From positions 18,153 through 82,152 of the forward strand of contig JACRHW010000006.1 in assembly GCA_016217555.1 (NCBI GenBank): a stretch of DNA of 64,000 nt. The letters run 5' to 3'. The translations under genes were made by a program, and so were the position numbers. Origin of the DNA: Parcubacteria group bacterium. Its GTDB lineage: Bacteria > Patescibacteriota > Minisyncoccia > UBA6257 > JACRHW01. Below are positions 17,864 to 27,730 of this stretch, one piece after another. The first letter of the stretch is position 1. Each line of letters opens with the position of its first letter. The notes beneath the pieces were generated by a model. It did not search any database, was not told where the DNA came from, and worked only from the letters and a program-made list of their open reading frames with translations.

Positions 17864-18715
17864 ATGGAACCATTTAAAGATTTTAAAAATAGATTTAAGT
17901 TGCTAGTAAGTAAACATCGACATTTAGTTGTAAATACTTTATCCAATATATTTACAATGAGATTAATTGGAAATAAAACCCATGGAGATTTAGCTGAAAT
18001 AGGTATAGCCGAATTTATTAATCAGTTTATGTATGATTTTAAAAGTATACATGTTGGGAAAGACCTTTTTCGGGCAAAAGAACGTGAGGAGGATATTGTA
18101 ATTATTAACGAGGTTACGAAATCACAATTCCCAGTTGGTTTAAAAGCCTATGGAGATGGTCCATTACAACTCTCAACCGACAGTGATTAGAAGATGTTCC
18201 CTTATCTTGAACAACAAGGTAAGGATATCACGGATAAGAAGAGGATAACTAAAATTTTTGCATCACAGGCGTTTTCTGAATTTAACAATATCAATGTCAT
18301 GCCTCTTATTTATAATGAGAAAAAGAAGCAGTGTAATATAATGATTTTTGACCATGAAAAAGCTATTAAACAGACGGCACGAATTCTTTATATAGGATTA
18401 GGAAAAAGTCATGGGGGCAAAAAGACTGGTAAATCTAGAATGCATCCAATCTTTATGTTTTTAGATAACAAGAGCAATTATATTTGTGAAGTTCGTTATG
18501 GTGGGGCATCAGCAAATGCTCTTCAGAGGGGACTTTGGACGCATACAAGAAATGCTATTTCTTTTTTTGATAGCCTTACAAATGGCTGGATTGATTATTC
18601 ACATAATCACACTTTGGTAAAATTATTTGGTCTAGCATTAAATAGTACGGAAAAAAGCCATAAAGAAGTTAATATACTTTTACAAAAGGATATTGATAAA
18701 TTGAAACAAACTTAG
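17864..18715 (+). pseudogene. putative type II restriction endonuclease interrupted by a single in-frame TAG (18188-18190); the two ORFs 17864-18190 and 18194-18715 are in the same frame
   Basis: Frame arithmetic on the sequence; combined 283 aa; PD-(D/E)xK-like EDIVIINEVTK; adjacent Dam-like MTase. Confidence 0.5.
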
Positions 18716-18716
18716 T

Positions 18717-19883
18717 ATGTCCAAGAACTTATTTAATGAGAAAGATTTTTCTGGGATAAAAACTCAAGGCATTAAATATGCTGGTTCCAAACTCAAAATA
18801 ATCCCTTACATTTTGGAGAGTATCAAAGATTTAGAAATCAAAACAGTATTGGATGGGTTTAGTGGTTCTACTAGAGTAAGTCAAGCTTTTGCTCAAGCTG
18901 GTTATGATGTTACCTCAAACGACATTGCTCATTGGTCTGAAGTATGTGCAAAATGTTTCTTGTTGTATGATAAAGACAAAAAATATTACCAAAACATAAT
19001 TGATGAACTCAATACTCTTGATGGTTATAATGGTTGGTTTACAACTTACTATGGAGGAGGTGAGGTGATGGACGTAAAAATGCCCTTTCAAATTAAAAAC
19101 ACAAGGAGGCTGGACGCAATAAGAGATCGCATTGAGGAATTGAAATTAAATGACATTGATAAATCTGTCATCTTAACAAGTTTACTTTTTGCACTGGATG
19201 CAGTAGATAGTACGCTAGGCCACTTTGTGTCGTATCTTTCTAAATGGTCTAAACGTTCCTATAATGATTTATATTTAAAACTCCCTGATTTGAAAGAAAC
19301 AATTGGTAATCACAACGTCTTAAGAGAAGATATTTTTAAAGTGGTAGAAAATGACTATTTCGATCTTGCGTATTTTGACCCCCCCTATGGCTCTAATAAT
19401 GAAAAAATGCCCCCAAGTAGAGTCAGATATTCATCCTATTACCATATATGGACGTCAGTGGTTAAACACGATAAGCCGGTTCTTTTTGGTAAGGTAAATA
19501 GAAGAGAAGATAGTAAAGATCTTGTTTCAGCTTCTGTGTTTGAGGAGTTCAGAAAAAACAATAATGGAAATTTCATTGCCATGGAAGCAATAAGAATGCT
19601 TATTCAAAATACTAAAGCAAGATACGTATTACTTTCTTATAGTTCCGGAGGAAGAGCGACAAAAAAAGAACTTGAAACAATTCTCAATGAAACAGGAAAA
19701 GTTCTAAAAATTATTGAAATTGATTACAAGAAAAATATTATGGCAAGTATGCGTTGGACAAACGAGTGGTTAAACTCAAATGATGCACATAAGGAATACC
19801 TTTTTTTGATGGAAAAGACTCAAAAAAATTATAAAACTCCCCCAAAAAATCCTTATGCAACAATTCAATCGCACTTTTCATAA
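18717..19883 (+). CDS. N6-adenine DNA methyltransferase, Dam-like (D12 class)
   Basis: Motif I LDGFSGS and motif IV FDPPYGS in alpha-group order. Confidence 0.8.
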   Translation: MSKNLFNEKDFSGIKTQGIKYAGSKLKIIPYILESIKDLEIKTVLDGFSGSTRVSQAFAQAGYDVTSNDIAHWSEVCAKCFLLYDKDKKYYQNIIDELNTLDGYNGWFTTYYGGGEVMDVKMPFQIKNTRRLDAIRDRIEELKLNDIDKSVILTSLLFALDAVDSTLGHFVSYLSKWSKRSYNDLYLKLPDLKETIGNHNVLREDIFKVVENDYFDLAYFDPPYGSNNEKMPPSRVRYSSYYHIWTSVVKHDKPVLFGKVNRREDSKDLVSASVFEEFRKNNNGNFIAMEAIRMLIQNTKARYVLLSYSSGGRATKKELETILNETGKVLKIIEIDYKKNIMASMRWTNEWLNSNDAHKEYLFLMEKTQKNYKTPPKNPYATIQSHFS

Positions 19884-19897
19884 TATGAGCTAAAAGT

Positions 19898-20057
19898 TGA
19901 GTTATGAAATATAAATTTCGAACCATTCTGCAGGTGCGGAGCAGGGTGTTGTCAATCCTTCGCTTTGTGCGAATTGGATTGACAATGAAGCGCTTTCGGA
20001 GAGAGTGAAAATACCGTTGGGTATTTTCACGTGTGAGGAATATATATTTCATAATTC
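19898..20057 (-). mobile_element. MITE-like structured repeat, family 1, copy 2 (inverted orientation)
   Basis: Reverse complement matches copy 1 core with compensatory substitutions in both hairpins. Confidence 0.7.
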
Positions 20058-20079
20058 AACCATACAACAAACACTTATT

Positions 20080-20304
20080 ATGAAAATAGTCGTTACTGCA
20101 AAACCAAATGCCTCAAAGGATAAGGTGGACAAAATCGATGAGACGCTTTATGTTGTTTCTACGCGGGCATATCCTCGTGATGGCAAGGCGAATAAGGCGA
20201 TTATTGAACTTCTTGCAGAATATTTTCATGTGGCAAAATCATGTATTACTATTACATCAGGACACACTTCACACCGAAAGGTGATTGAGGTGATAGGGTT
20301 ATGA
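20080..20304 (+). CDS. DUF167/YggU-family protein
   Basis: MKIVVTAKPNASKDKV..AYPRDGKANKAIIELLAEYF..ITSGHTSHRKVIEV; the ORF-track start at 20005 lies in the repeat. Confidence 0.55.
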   Translation: MKIVVTAKPNASKDKVDKIDETLYVVSTRAYPRDGKANKAIIELLAEYFHVAKSCITITSGHTSHRKVIEVIGL

Positions 20305-21542
20305 AAAAACAATTTCGATCGTTTGCTCCTGTTTTTGTTACCGTTTTTTTGGATGTATTTGGGTTTGGGCTTGTTATTCCTATTCTCGCCCCTTTATTTT
20401 TTGATCCAACGGGAGTTGTTCATGCCACCTATTCGCATACGTCACGAAGCTTGATGTTTGGGCTTATGCTTGCGCTTTATCCTTTTGCGCAGCTTTTTGG
20501 TGCACCATTTTTGGGTGCTCTTTCTGACAAAATAGGAAGAAAAAAAGTGATTCTTCTTTCTCTCCTGGGGTCGTTTTTTGGATATATTCTTTTCGGGTTT
20601 GGTATTGTCGTACATCGAGTATCACTGCTATTCGTAAGCCGTATCTTAAGCGGTTTTATGGGGGGGAATATTGCGGTGGCGTGGTCTTCTCTTGCCGATG
20701 CGAGTAGTAGTGAAGAGGAAAGGGTAAAGAATTTTAGTCTTATGGGGGTTGCCTATGCACTAGGGCTTATCATAGGACCCCTTGCGGGTGGGAAGCTTGC
20801 GGATGTAGAGATTAGCACCTGGTTTACTTTGGCGATGCCTTTTTGGGTTGCTGCTACACTGAGTTTTTTAAATATAATATTTGTGGCACAGGCGTTTCAG
20901 GAAACACTACGGCGTTTTGTTTCAAAAAAAGTTGACTGGCTTACTGGATTTCGTAATGTAGCACGGGCGTACCATCTTCCTCGTTTGCGTGTTCTTTTTG
21001 TTGTTATTTTTTTACTTTTTTTTGGGCTTAATATTTTTATGCAATTTCTTCAGGTATTTCTTGTTGAGAAGTTTCACTTTTCAGAATCACAAATAGGAGA
21101 TTTGTTTGGGTATACAGGACTTTGGATTGTCGTTGCTCAGGCGGGTCTTACCCGACTTCTGGCGATGCGCATGCGAGCGGAAACGGTTTTGAAGTATGCA
21201 ACATTTTTTTTGGGTGTTTCTTTTCTCGCCCTTCTTCTTCCCGAACGATCGTGGATTCTTTTCATTGTCTCTCCCTTTATTGCAATTTTTTTTGGGGTGA
21301 TGCAGCCCAATGCAACATCTCTCCTTTCTGATTTAGGGGGTAGGGAGGCACAAGGTGAGGTGTTTGGTATCGCACAATCGATACAGTCCTTGGCACAGAT
21401 GATCCCTGCCCTTTTGGGTGGAATTTCACTTTCATTTCATGTAGCTATTCCTATTATTCTCGCTGCGTGTGCGAGTTTTGCAGCATGGGGGGTATTTATT
21501 CTATTTTTTAAAGAGGAAGGTACTGGTCGTCCTAGAAGCTAA
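20301..21542 (+). CDS. MFS transporter (drug:H+ antiporter-like)
   Basis: 12-TM architecture; motif A GALSDKIGRKKV. Confidence 0.8.
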   Translation: MKKQFRSFAPVFVTVFLDVFGFGLVIPILAPLFFDPTGVVHATYSHTSRSLMFGLMLALYPFAQLFGAPFLGALSDKIGRKKVILLSLLGSFFGYILFGFGIVVHRVSLLFVSRILSGFMGGNIAVAWSSLADASSSEEERVKNFSLMGVAYALGLIIGPLAGGKLADVEISTWFTLAMPFWVAATLSFLNIIFVAQAFQETLRRFVSKKVDWLTGFRNVARAYHLPRLRVLFVVIFLLFFGLNIFMQFLQVFLVEKFHFSESQIGDLFGYTGLWIVVAQAGLTRLLAMRMRAETVLKYATFFLGVSFLALLLPERSWILFIVSPFIAIFFGVMQPNATSLLSDLGGREAQGEVFGIAQSIQSLAQMIPALLGGISLSFHVAIPIILAACASFAAWGVFILFFKEEGTGRPRS

Positions 21543-21566
21543 TTCCTAAAAGCTATAAGCTCATAC

Positions 21567-21890
21567 ATGATTTCATATGATGATTTTAAAAAAGTAGAGT
21601 TGCGAGTTGCGAAGATTGTCTCTGCCGAGCGCGTAGAGGGTTCAGAGAAGTTATTAAAATTGCAGGTAACCCTCGGGGATGAAGTAGAGAGGCAAATTCT
21701 TGCCGGAATAGGAAGACGATATGAACTTGAAAAACTGATAGGAAAAGAAATTATTATTGTTGCAAATCTCGAGCCGCGTAGTCTTATGGGGTTTGAAAGT
21801 CATGGGATGCTTTTGGCCGCTGAAGGCGAAGACGGTCCGGTGTTACTTACCGTAGATCAAGAGGTGAAACCGGGAAGCGGAATTAAGTAA
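21567..21890 (+). CDS. tRNA-binding domain protein (CsaA/Myf-like)
   Basis: VELRVAKIVSAERVEGSEKLLKLQV..GMLLA OB-fold tRNA-binding signature. Confidence 0.7.
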   Translation: MISYDDFKKVELRVAKIVSAERVEGSEKLLKLQVTLGDEVERQILAGIGRRYELEKLIGKEIIIVANLEPRSLMGFESHGMLLAAEGEDGPVLLTVDQEVKPGSGIK

Positions 21891-22041
21891 CAAAGAAGAT
21901 GGAAAAAATTGCGAAAAATGTGAAAACGGTATATAACGTGGATGAGGTATTAGTTTGTTAGCTATTAGGGATTAGGACGTTTTGATGTTCTAATACACTA
22001 GCCCCTAAAAACTAAAACCTAACATACTAACGTACTGCGCC

Positions 22042-23049
22042 ATGATTACACGTATTGGTATTGATTTGGGGACGGCAAACACACTCGTGTTTGTTCCGAA
22101 GAAGGGCATTATTATCAATGAGCCTTCTATTGTGGCGATCAATTTGAAGACTCGTGCGGTCCTTGCGGTGGGTAAGGAGGCAAAGGATATGTTAGGAAGG
22201 ACACCCGATGATATAGGTGCCTATAAGCCGCTCAAGGATGGAGTGATCGCTGACTATTATATTACGAGATCAATGTTGAAATATTTTATTAACAAGGCAA
22301 CGGGGTTTACCTTGTTTAAACCCGAAGTTGTTATCTCTGTTCCTGCGGGTATTACTTCGACGGAAAGAAGGGCGGTAATTAATGCTGCTGAGGAGGCTGG
22401 TGCGAAAACGGTGTATGTTGTGAAGGAGCCGATTCTCGCGGCACTGGGGGCTGGAATTCCTATCAACTCTCCATCGGGTAATATGGTTGTAAACATCGGT
22501 GGAGGAACAACTGAAGTTGCGGTTATTTCTTTGGGGGGTATTGTGGCATCATCTTCTCTTCGCATTGCGGGAAATAAATTTGATCAGGCAATTGCGGATT
22601 ACGTAAAGAAAAAATATCTTCTTGCGATTGGCGAACAGATGGCAGAAAGGATTAAGATAGAGGTAGGTTCGGCGATGCCAGTAAAAACAAAATTAGAAAT
22701 GGAGATACGAGGGAGGGATTTAGTAAATGGTTTTCCTCAGGTAGTTACCATCCATTCTAATGAGGTTGCCTCAGCAATATCTGATTTGCTTCTCGAGATG
22801 GTGCACACCATCAAAGAAGTGTTTAATGATACACCGCCAGAACTTGCTGCTGACGTTATGGATAAGGGGATTATCGTAAGTGGGGGAGGTGCACTCCTTA
22901 GAAATATTGATGAGTATATCAAGCGCATGACGGGTGTTTCTGCTTTTTGTGTTGAGAACAGTCTTTATTCTGTGGCAAATGGGGCAGGTATCGTTATTAA
23001 TCATCTCGATACCTATCGTAGAGCGCTCGTCACAAAACGATTCAAATAA
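22042..23049 (+). CDS. mreB: rod-shape determining actin homolog MreB (paralog 1)
   Basis: IGIDLGTANTLVFV..NEPSIVAI; actin-fold phosphate and adenosine motifs. Confidence 0.85.
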   Translation: MITRIGIDLGTANTLVFVPKKGIIINEPSIVAINLKTRAVLAVGKEAKDMLGRTPDDIGAYKPLKDGVIADYYITRSMLKYFINKATGFTLFKPEVVISVPAGITSTERRAVINAAEEAGAKTVYVVKEPILAALGAGIPINSPSGNMVVNIGGGTTEVAVISLGGIVASSSLRIAGNKFDQAIADYVKKKYLLAIGEQMAERIKIEVGSAMPVKTKLEMEIRGRDLVNGFPQVVTIHSNEVASAISDLLLEMVHTIKEVFNDTPPELAADVMDKGIIVSGGGALLRNIDEYIKRMTGVSAFCVENSLYSVANGAGIVINHLDTYRRALVTKRFK

Positions 23050-23190
23050 AATTTGAGTTATGAAACATCTCTTTCTCACTCTCCCCGCAAACGCTTCGTT
23101 GTCAACCCAACTCATTGTGATTCGGAGTTGACAACACCCTGTTTCGCGTTTGCAGAATGGTTCGTAATAGATGTTTTATAGCTCAAGGAT
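23049..23190 (+). mobile_element. MITE-like structured repeat, family 1, copy 3 (5' hairpin deleted)
   Basis: TIRs GAGTTATGAAACATC / GATGTTTTATAGCTC; core CGCTTCGTTGTCAACCCAACTCATTGTGATTCGGAGTTGACAACACCCTG. Confidence 0.6.
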
Positions 23191-23204
23191 ATTAAGTATT
23201 ATTT

Positions 23205-23984
23205 ATGAATTCTTTATTTATCGGTAATACATACGCGCGAAATGCGATTACTGAGTATTTTAAGCCTTCCGGAGTACGGAGCTGTGTTTTGTATGGGTTG
23301 AAGGGGCTTGGGAAGTTTACTTTTTTACGTGAGCTTGTGCGCGTGCATGGAAATCAGTGTATCGTTTTAGATACTAGTCTTACCATTCAAATGATGCGGG
23401 AGATAAAACATTTTGCTTCTTTAAGTCAACGGGGGCAGGTGGTGTGTATCCTCGATAATGTGGACACCATGAACGAAGAGGCGCAATCAGCTTTTTTGAA
23501 GACTCTTGAAGAAGCGCCTCATATGGTTTTCTGTATTATTACAAGCAATCTTGATGCACTATTACCTACCATACAATCGAGAATCCCTGCTTTTTATTTT
23601 TCTCCTTGTACTAGTGGGGAGATGAAAGCATTTATTGATGGGCTTGGATCCCATGCAGAGGAAGAGAGAACATTAATAATAAAATACAGTGCGGGGAGAC
23701 CTGGAATTGCTAATGGGTTGGTGGCAAATATAAAAAAACTATGGGAGTTAGATCGTAGTATTTCTTTTCTCTCAGACCCTAACATATATAAACGGCTCCA
23801 TTTTTTTCATGAGTATGGTATACCGCTTTTTGGGGAAAATCCGGAACAATTTATTGATGCGTGTATTTTTTCTTTTGCTCAAAACGATACACAACGAATC
23901 AAAGATGTACTAGAGCTTAAACGAATACTTGATTCAAATGTAAATCCAATATTTCAATTTGAACACTATCTCGCAACACACTAA
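23205..23984 (+). CDS. holB: DNA polymerase III delta' subunit-like clamp-loader protein
   Basis: GLKGLGKFTF P-loop-like, FLKTLEEAP (cf. LKTLEEPP), TIQSRI (SRC motif). Confidence 0.6.
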   Translation: MNSLFIGNTYARNAITEYFKPSGVRSCVLYGLKGLGKFTFLRELVRVHGNQCIVLDTSLTIQMMREIKHFASLSQRGQVVCILDNVDTMNEEAQSAFLKTLEEAPHMVFCIITSNLDALLPTIQSRIPAFYFSPCTSGEMKAFIDGLGSHAEEERTLIIKYSAGRPGIANGLVANIKKLWELDRSISFLSDPNIYKRLHFFHEYGIPLFGENPEQFIDACIFSFAQNDTQRIKDVLELKRILDSNVNPIFQFEHYLATH

Positions 23985-24688
23985 TGGATAAGGCGTTATT
24001 TATTATTTTTTTTATCGTTGGTGTTGGTACGGTTTTGTATTTTACCCCGTTCCTTGTTGGGGGGTTGGGATTTAAGGTAAATAATAATATTATCCGCGAG
24101 CCAGCGAATATTTTTTATTCCTTTGATGGTGGAAAAACTATCAGGGAGGGTGAAGTTCGTGTGGGGGTTTTTGGGAGGCCTAACCCAGAGATTACTTCGT
24201 TTGCGTTTGATCCATCTGATGCAGAAATTGTGTATGCAGGAACACGTGGTGGTGGTATGGTAATGAGCGATGATGGGGGGAGGAGCTGGTATGGATTTAG
24301 TGATCCTAAACAAGTGATTGCCTCGAATGACATTGTTGAAGATGTTTTTGTGCCGGCACCAGATCGAATTGTTGTGGTAATACATAAGGCGGGAACTTAC
24401 GTCGTATATGAGACGATGAATAGTATGAAAACGGTACATGAACTTGCACGATTTAAAGAAAAAGATACTTCTTCTCTCGAAACGTTTCTTGTGAGTGGGT
24501 TAGAGCTTAGGAGAGAAAATGTGAGTATTGCAAAAACGCCCGAGCGTATGCAGTTAGCACTTGCTGCCGTGATTCAGACATCGGGGGATACTCTTACTTC
24601 AACTTTTGGAGAGATGGGCATAAGTATGGGTGTGGTTGCCATTGATCCGCTTAACAGAAGCCATATTATTATCGGTCGCTCGAAATAA
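23984..24688 (+). CDS. hypothetical membrane-anchored protein
   Basis: N-terminal TM; ORF track. Confidence 0.4.
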   Translation: MDKALFIIFFIVGVGTVLYFTPFLVGGLGFKVNNNIIREPANIFYSFDGGKTIREGEVRVGVFGRPNPEITSFAFDPSDAEIVYAGTRGGGMVMSDDGGRSWYGFSDPKQVIASNDIVEDVFVPAPDRIVVVIHKAGTYVVYETMNSMKTVHELARFKEKDTSSLETFLVSGLELRRENVSIAKTPERMQLALAAVIQTSGDTLTSTFGEMGISMGVVAIDPLNRSHIIIGRSK

Positions 24689-24833
24689 ATTTTTGCGGGA
24701 ATGACAGAAGAGTAAAGGAAAAATAAATTGGTTAACTAGAGATGGTATAAAAAGACCTTGATAGGATGAAAGAGATCCCTGTTTTCTATTTTGGCTCAAA
24801 TGAGTATGGCGGAAAAAAGGTTTACTAAAAAAT

Positions 24834-26066
24834 TTGCGTAGTAGTGAAAGAGGGATTAGAATAGAATTATGCATCAAAGTATTTTTATTTTTTATGAAGT
24901 TTGAATTTCTTTTTGGAAAAAAATCGGAACCACCAAAACGCGAATCTACTCCAGAGGAAAAGGAGGAGTTAAGAAGGCGCGTTGAAGCTGAGCGGTTACA
25001 AGATGAGACGGAGGCGTTGGCGCGCGCAGAGGAGCTTGCGAGTGATCCAAAACGTCGGGCAGAGGCGCGTATTAAAGGTGGCGAGGAGGCAGAAGAGGCT
25101 CGAGGGGTGTTCGAGTCTTTGGAACTTGAGGAAAAAGATGCTTTTTTTGAAGAGGTTCGTAGAGAAGCGGGGGAGGTGACATATCCTGAGCTGGGATTTC
25201 ATGATTTTTATTTATCTAAAGAAGAGATGGGAGAGTATAGAGACCCTAATATTGAGGACCAAAGAAGGAAGGAGCTTCGTAATAGTAGTATTGTACGCCG
25301 TGCTGCTGCACTTGCTATGGAGGTAAAAGGTACGGAAGATAAGACGGAGAGAGTTAGAAAGGAAGAGGTGTTGTACAGAGTTTTAGAAGAACGGATTTCT
25401 CAGGTAAGTGAACTTGCTGATGAGGGGAAGAGAATAGATGCAATGAAAAATATATTGGGTGCTATTGGAGCGCTTGGAAGAGAGCATTCGAGTAGTATCC
25501 TTAAGGGTCTTTTACGTGATAAGGCTTTTCGAGTACTTGTCACGAAAGACGATGGCATATTTCAGAAGGTTGCGGTGATGTTTGAATATATCCCACGAGA
25601 ACATGTTGTGACACTTTTAGAGAATCTCGCTTCGGGAGAAGGAATTAAGGATAAGAAAACGAGAGATGCACTTGCTGCACTTCCGGGACGATTTAAAGAA
25701 CATGTTAAGGAGGTTGGGGAGGCAGAAGTTGCGCGTTTACAGCAGGAGATTGAGAGTGGGGTTGTGAATGGTGCCGAGCTTCGCGAGATTGAACATAAGG
25801 CAAAAAGGCGTGCAGAACTTGTTGACAAATTTGCTCTTACAGAAAAGAATCGCAATGCTAGTTTAAAATGGCAAAAGTTTGGGGATAGTGTAATGGGGGG
25901 AATGGCGAAGGTGGGGGTTGGAGGATTGAATGTTTTGAAGTGGGGGGCATTAAGTGTGGGTGCACTTGCCGCTATTGCTGTTCTTGGTCCTATTGCGCTT
26001 GGAATTTTTGTAGCAAAATATATCGTCGAAAATGGATTAAAGGGTGCGGGGAGGGGAAAACACTAG
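24834..26066 (+). CDS. hypothetical Glu/Lys/Arg-rich coiled-coil protein with C-terminal TM segments (start possibly Met21 at 24894)
   Basis: ORF track; composition. Confidence 0.4.
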   Translation: MRSSERGIRIELCIKVFLFFMKFEFLFGKKSEPPKRESTPEEKEELRRRVEAERLQDETEALARAEELASDPKRRAEARIKGGEEAEEARGVFESLELEEKDAFFEEVRREAGEVTYPELGFHDFYLSKEEMGEYRDPNIEDQRRKELRNSSIVRRAAALAMEVKGTEDKTERVRKEEVLYRVLEERISQVSELADEGKRIDAMKNILGAIGALGREHSSSILKGLLRDKAFRVLVTKDDGIFQKVAVMFEYIPREHVVTLLENLASGEGIKDKKTRDALAALPGRFKEHVKEVGEAEVARLQQEIESGVVNGAELREIEHKAKRRAELVDKFALTEKNRNASLKWQKFGDSVMGGMAKVGVGGLNVLKWGALSVGALAAIAVLGPIALGIFVAKYIVENGLKGAGRGKH

Positions 26067-26072
26067 ACCTAT

Positions 26073-26372
26073 ATGAGTTGGGATTTTTTGGCATTTGTAC
26101 CAAATGAGATTTTGGATCAATTCAGCAATAAAATGCTGCATATTCTTTTGAATCGTTCTTTTGCGAGGCTGTATGAGCTATTGCCTCCTGATGACAAAAA
26201 GCGATTTGATGAATTTCTTAAGATTGATAAAGTAAATGAGGATGAACTTTTACGACGTACCTCATTTTTGGAACAACACAGCGTGGCATTTAAAAAGGTG
26301 CTTCTTGAGGAGGCGCATGCAATAGAACAAGAATTCGCTCAGTTTATAGAACAAGAAGAAAATAAAAAATAA
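26073..26372 (+). CDS. hypothetical protein
   Basis: ORF track. Confidence 0.3.
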   Translation: MSWDFLAFVPNEILDQFSNKMLHILLNRSFARLYELLPPDDKKRFDEFLKIDKVNEDELLRRTSFLEQHSVAFKKVLLEEAHAIEQEFAQFIEQEENKK

Positions 26373-26374
26373 AT

Positions 26375-27394
26375 ATGGACGGGCAGACACCATTACCACC
26401 GGTTTCTCAAAATAGTTTGTTTTCGAGATGGAATACCTTACAAACAAGGAAGACTGCTTATTATATGATGCTTGGTTTAATCGTTGTTGTGGTTTTTTAC
26501 TCCTTTTATGCCATTGGAACACAGGTAAGAGGCCCTGTTACAAAAACTGAAGTAGTGGGTGATAAAACCCCCGCACCTTTGTTTGGTAAGGAAAAATCTC
26601 CTTTTGTGGACACCGTACGGCGTGGAGCAAGTAGCACTATTCCACAAAGGACAGTAGGGGCTGGTGATTCGTTTAGAGTGGTTCAAAAATCTATCGGAGC
26701 ATGTAGTGGATTAGTACCAGAGGGGTGGAGTGCTTTTTCCTCTTCGCATTCTGATGCTGTTGATTTTGTAAGTTCTGACAAAACAATGTATGCGGGTTAT
26801 GGAGCTCTTGGGGTTAATCCTGCGTTTCAGGTGTATGATGCAGAGCTTTATAGTGCAGCGCCAGAGGTGTCTGTCAAGCGCTTTGGTGATCTCATTATAA
26901 GTGGTACGTTCGGTGACGGAAGCAAGCTATTGTATACCAATGATTACAATCAACAGGTGGGTGAATATACGTTACGATCGCTTGAGTCGCAGGGAAGTAA
27001 GGGGGTCGTGTTTTATCGCACATTTCCTGGCGATGGAATAAATTATAGTTATGCCGAAGTTGCGCGTTTTGCTTTTGCAAAAAAGCAGGTGTGGAATGTA
27101 AAGGGAGAACTTGTTGCACGTGTTGCTGCCTCCCTAAGTTGCAGTGTTCAATTTTCACCAAGTGACCAGGCGGTTGTCGGAGGAGGACCGAAGGACAAAT
27201 CTACAAAAGATGAAAATGGGAACGAGTATGGATATAATCCGCAGCTTGGGACTGAATATGTTCACGATGAAAATGGGACAAATTACCTAGTAAGCCCCAG
27301 CAACAGTTGGTCAGAAACGGGACCTTCTGGGGCGGGATACTACAAGTCAACGAATACGGGATGGGAGATGCTGAAGCCTGGTCGGTCAGACTAA
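26375..27394 (+). CDS. hypothetical secreted/membrane-anchored protein
   Basis: N-terminal TM (YYMMLGLIVVVVFYSFYAIG); ORF track. Confidence 0.4.
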   Translation: MDGQTPLPPVSQNSLFSRWNTLQTRKTAYYMMLGLIVVVVFYSFYAIGTQVRGPVTKTEVVGDKTPAPLFGKEKSPFVDTVRRGASSTIPQRTVGAGDSFRVVQKSIGACSGLVPEGWSAFSSSHSDAVDFVSSDKTMYAGYGALGVNPAFQVYDAELYSAAPEVSVKRFGDLIISGTFGDGSKLLYTNDYNQQVGEYTLRSLESQGSKGVVFYRTFPGDGINYSYAEVARFAFAKKQVWNVKGELVARVAASLSCSVQFSPSDQAVVGGGPKDKSTKDENGNEYGYNPQLGTEYVHDENGTNYLVSPSNSWSETGPSGAGYYKSTNTGWEMLKPGRSD

Positions 27395-27397
27395 TTT

Positions 27398-27531
27398 AAA
27401 ACCTACTTCTTTGGCGAACTGCTTCGTTGCACACTGCGATACTCCTTCGCTGTATCATCTGAAATACAGCTCAGTCTGTTTCTCATGTGCGCCTCGCATT
27501 TCATCCAAATAAGTAGGTTTTTGATTTACTT
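27398..27531 (+). repeat. structured repeat family 2, copy A (core CGAACTGCTTCGTTG..GCTGTATCATCTGAAATACAGCTCAGTCTGTTTCTC..GCATTTCAT)
   Basis: Homolog at 41251-41373; closing 16-bp helix differs completely in sequence between copies. Confidence 0.65.
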
Positions 27532-27730
27532 CTTTTCGCGCTTTATCCAAATATATACGTCTTGTCGAATCCAGATTAGACCGGTTTTTTCTTGCCTGAA
27601 CATAAAAAATGAGTATAATCAAGGGACATGAATCCTGTTAGAAGTCGCGCTTGCTACTGCATAATGAGATAAAAAGGGTAATGAATAATTATTAATTTTA
27701 ATATAAATAAGTTGGTTTGCGATTTTTTGA

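Noticed and set aside
17589-23115. Minus-strand ORFs 17589-17801, 19738-20052 and 22771-23115 sharing the peptide SWVDNEA
   Set aside because: The shared peptide is encoded by the family-1 repeat core read in one frame; these are repeat-derived artefacts, not a gene family.
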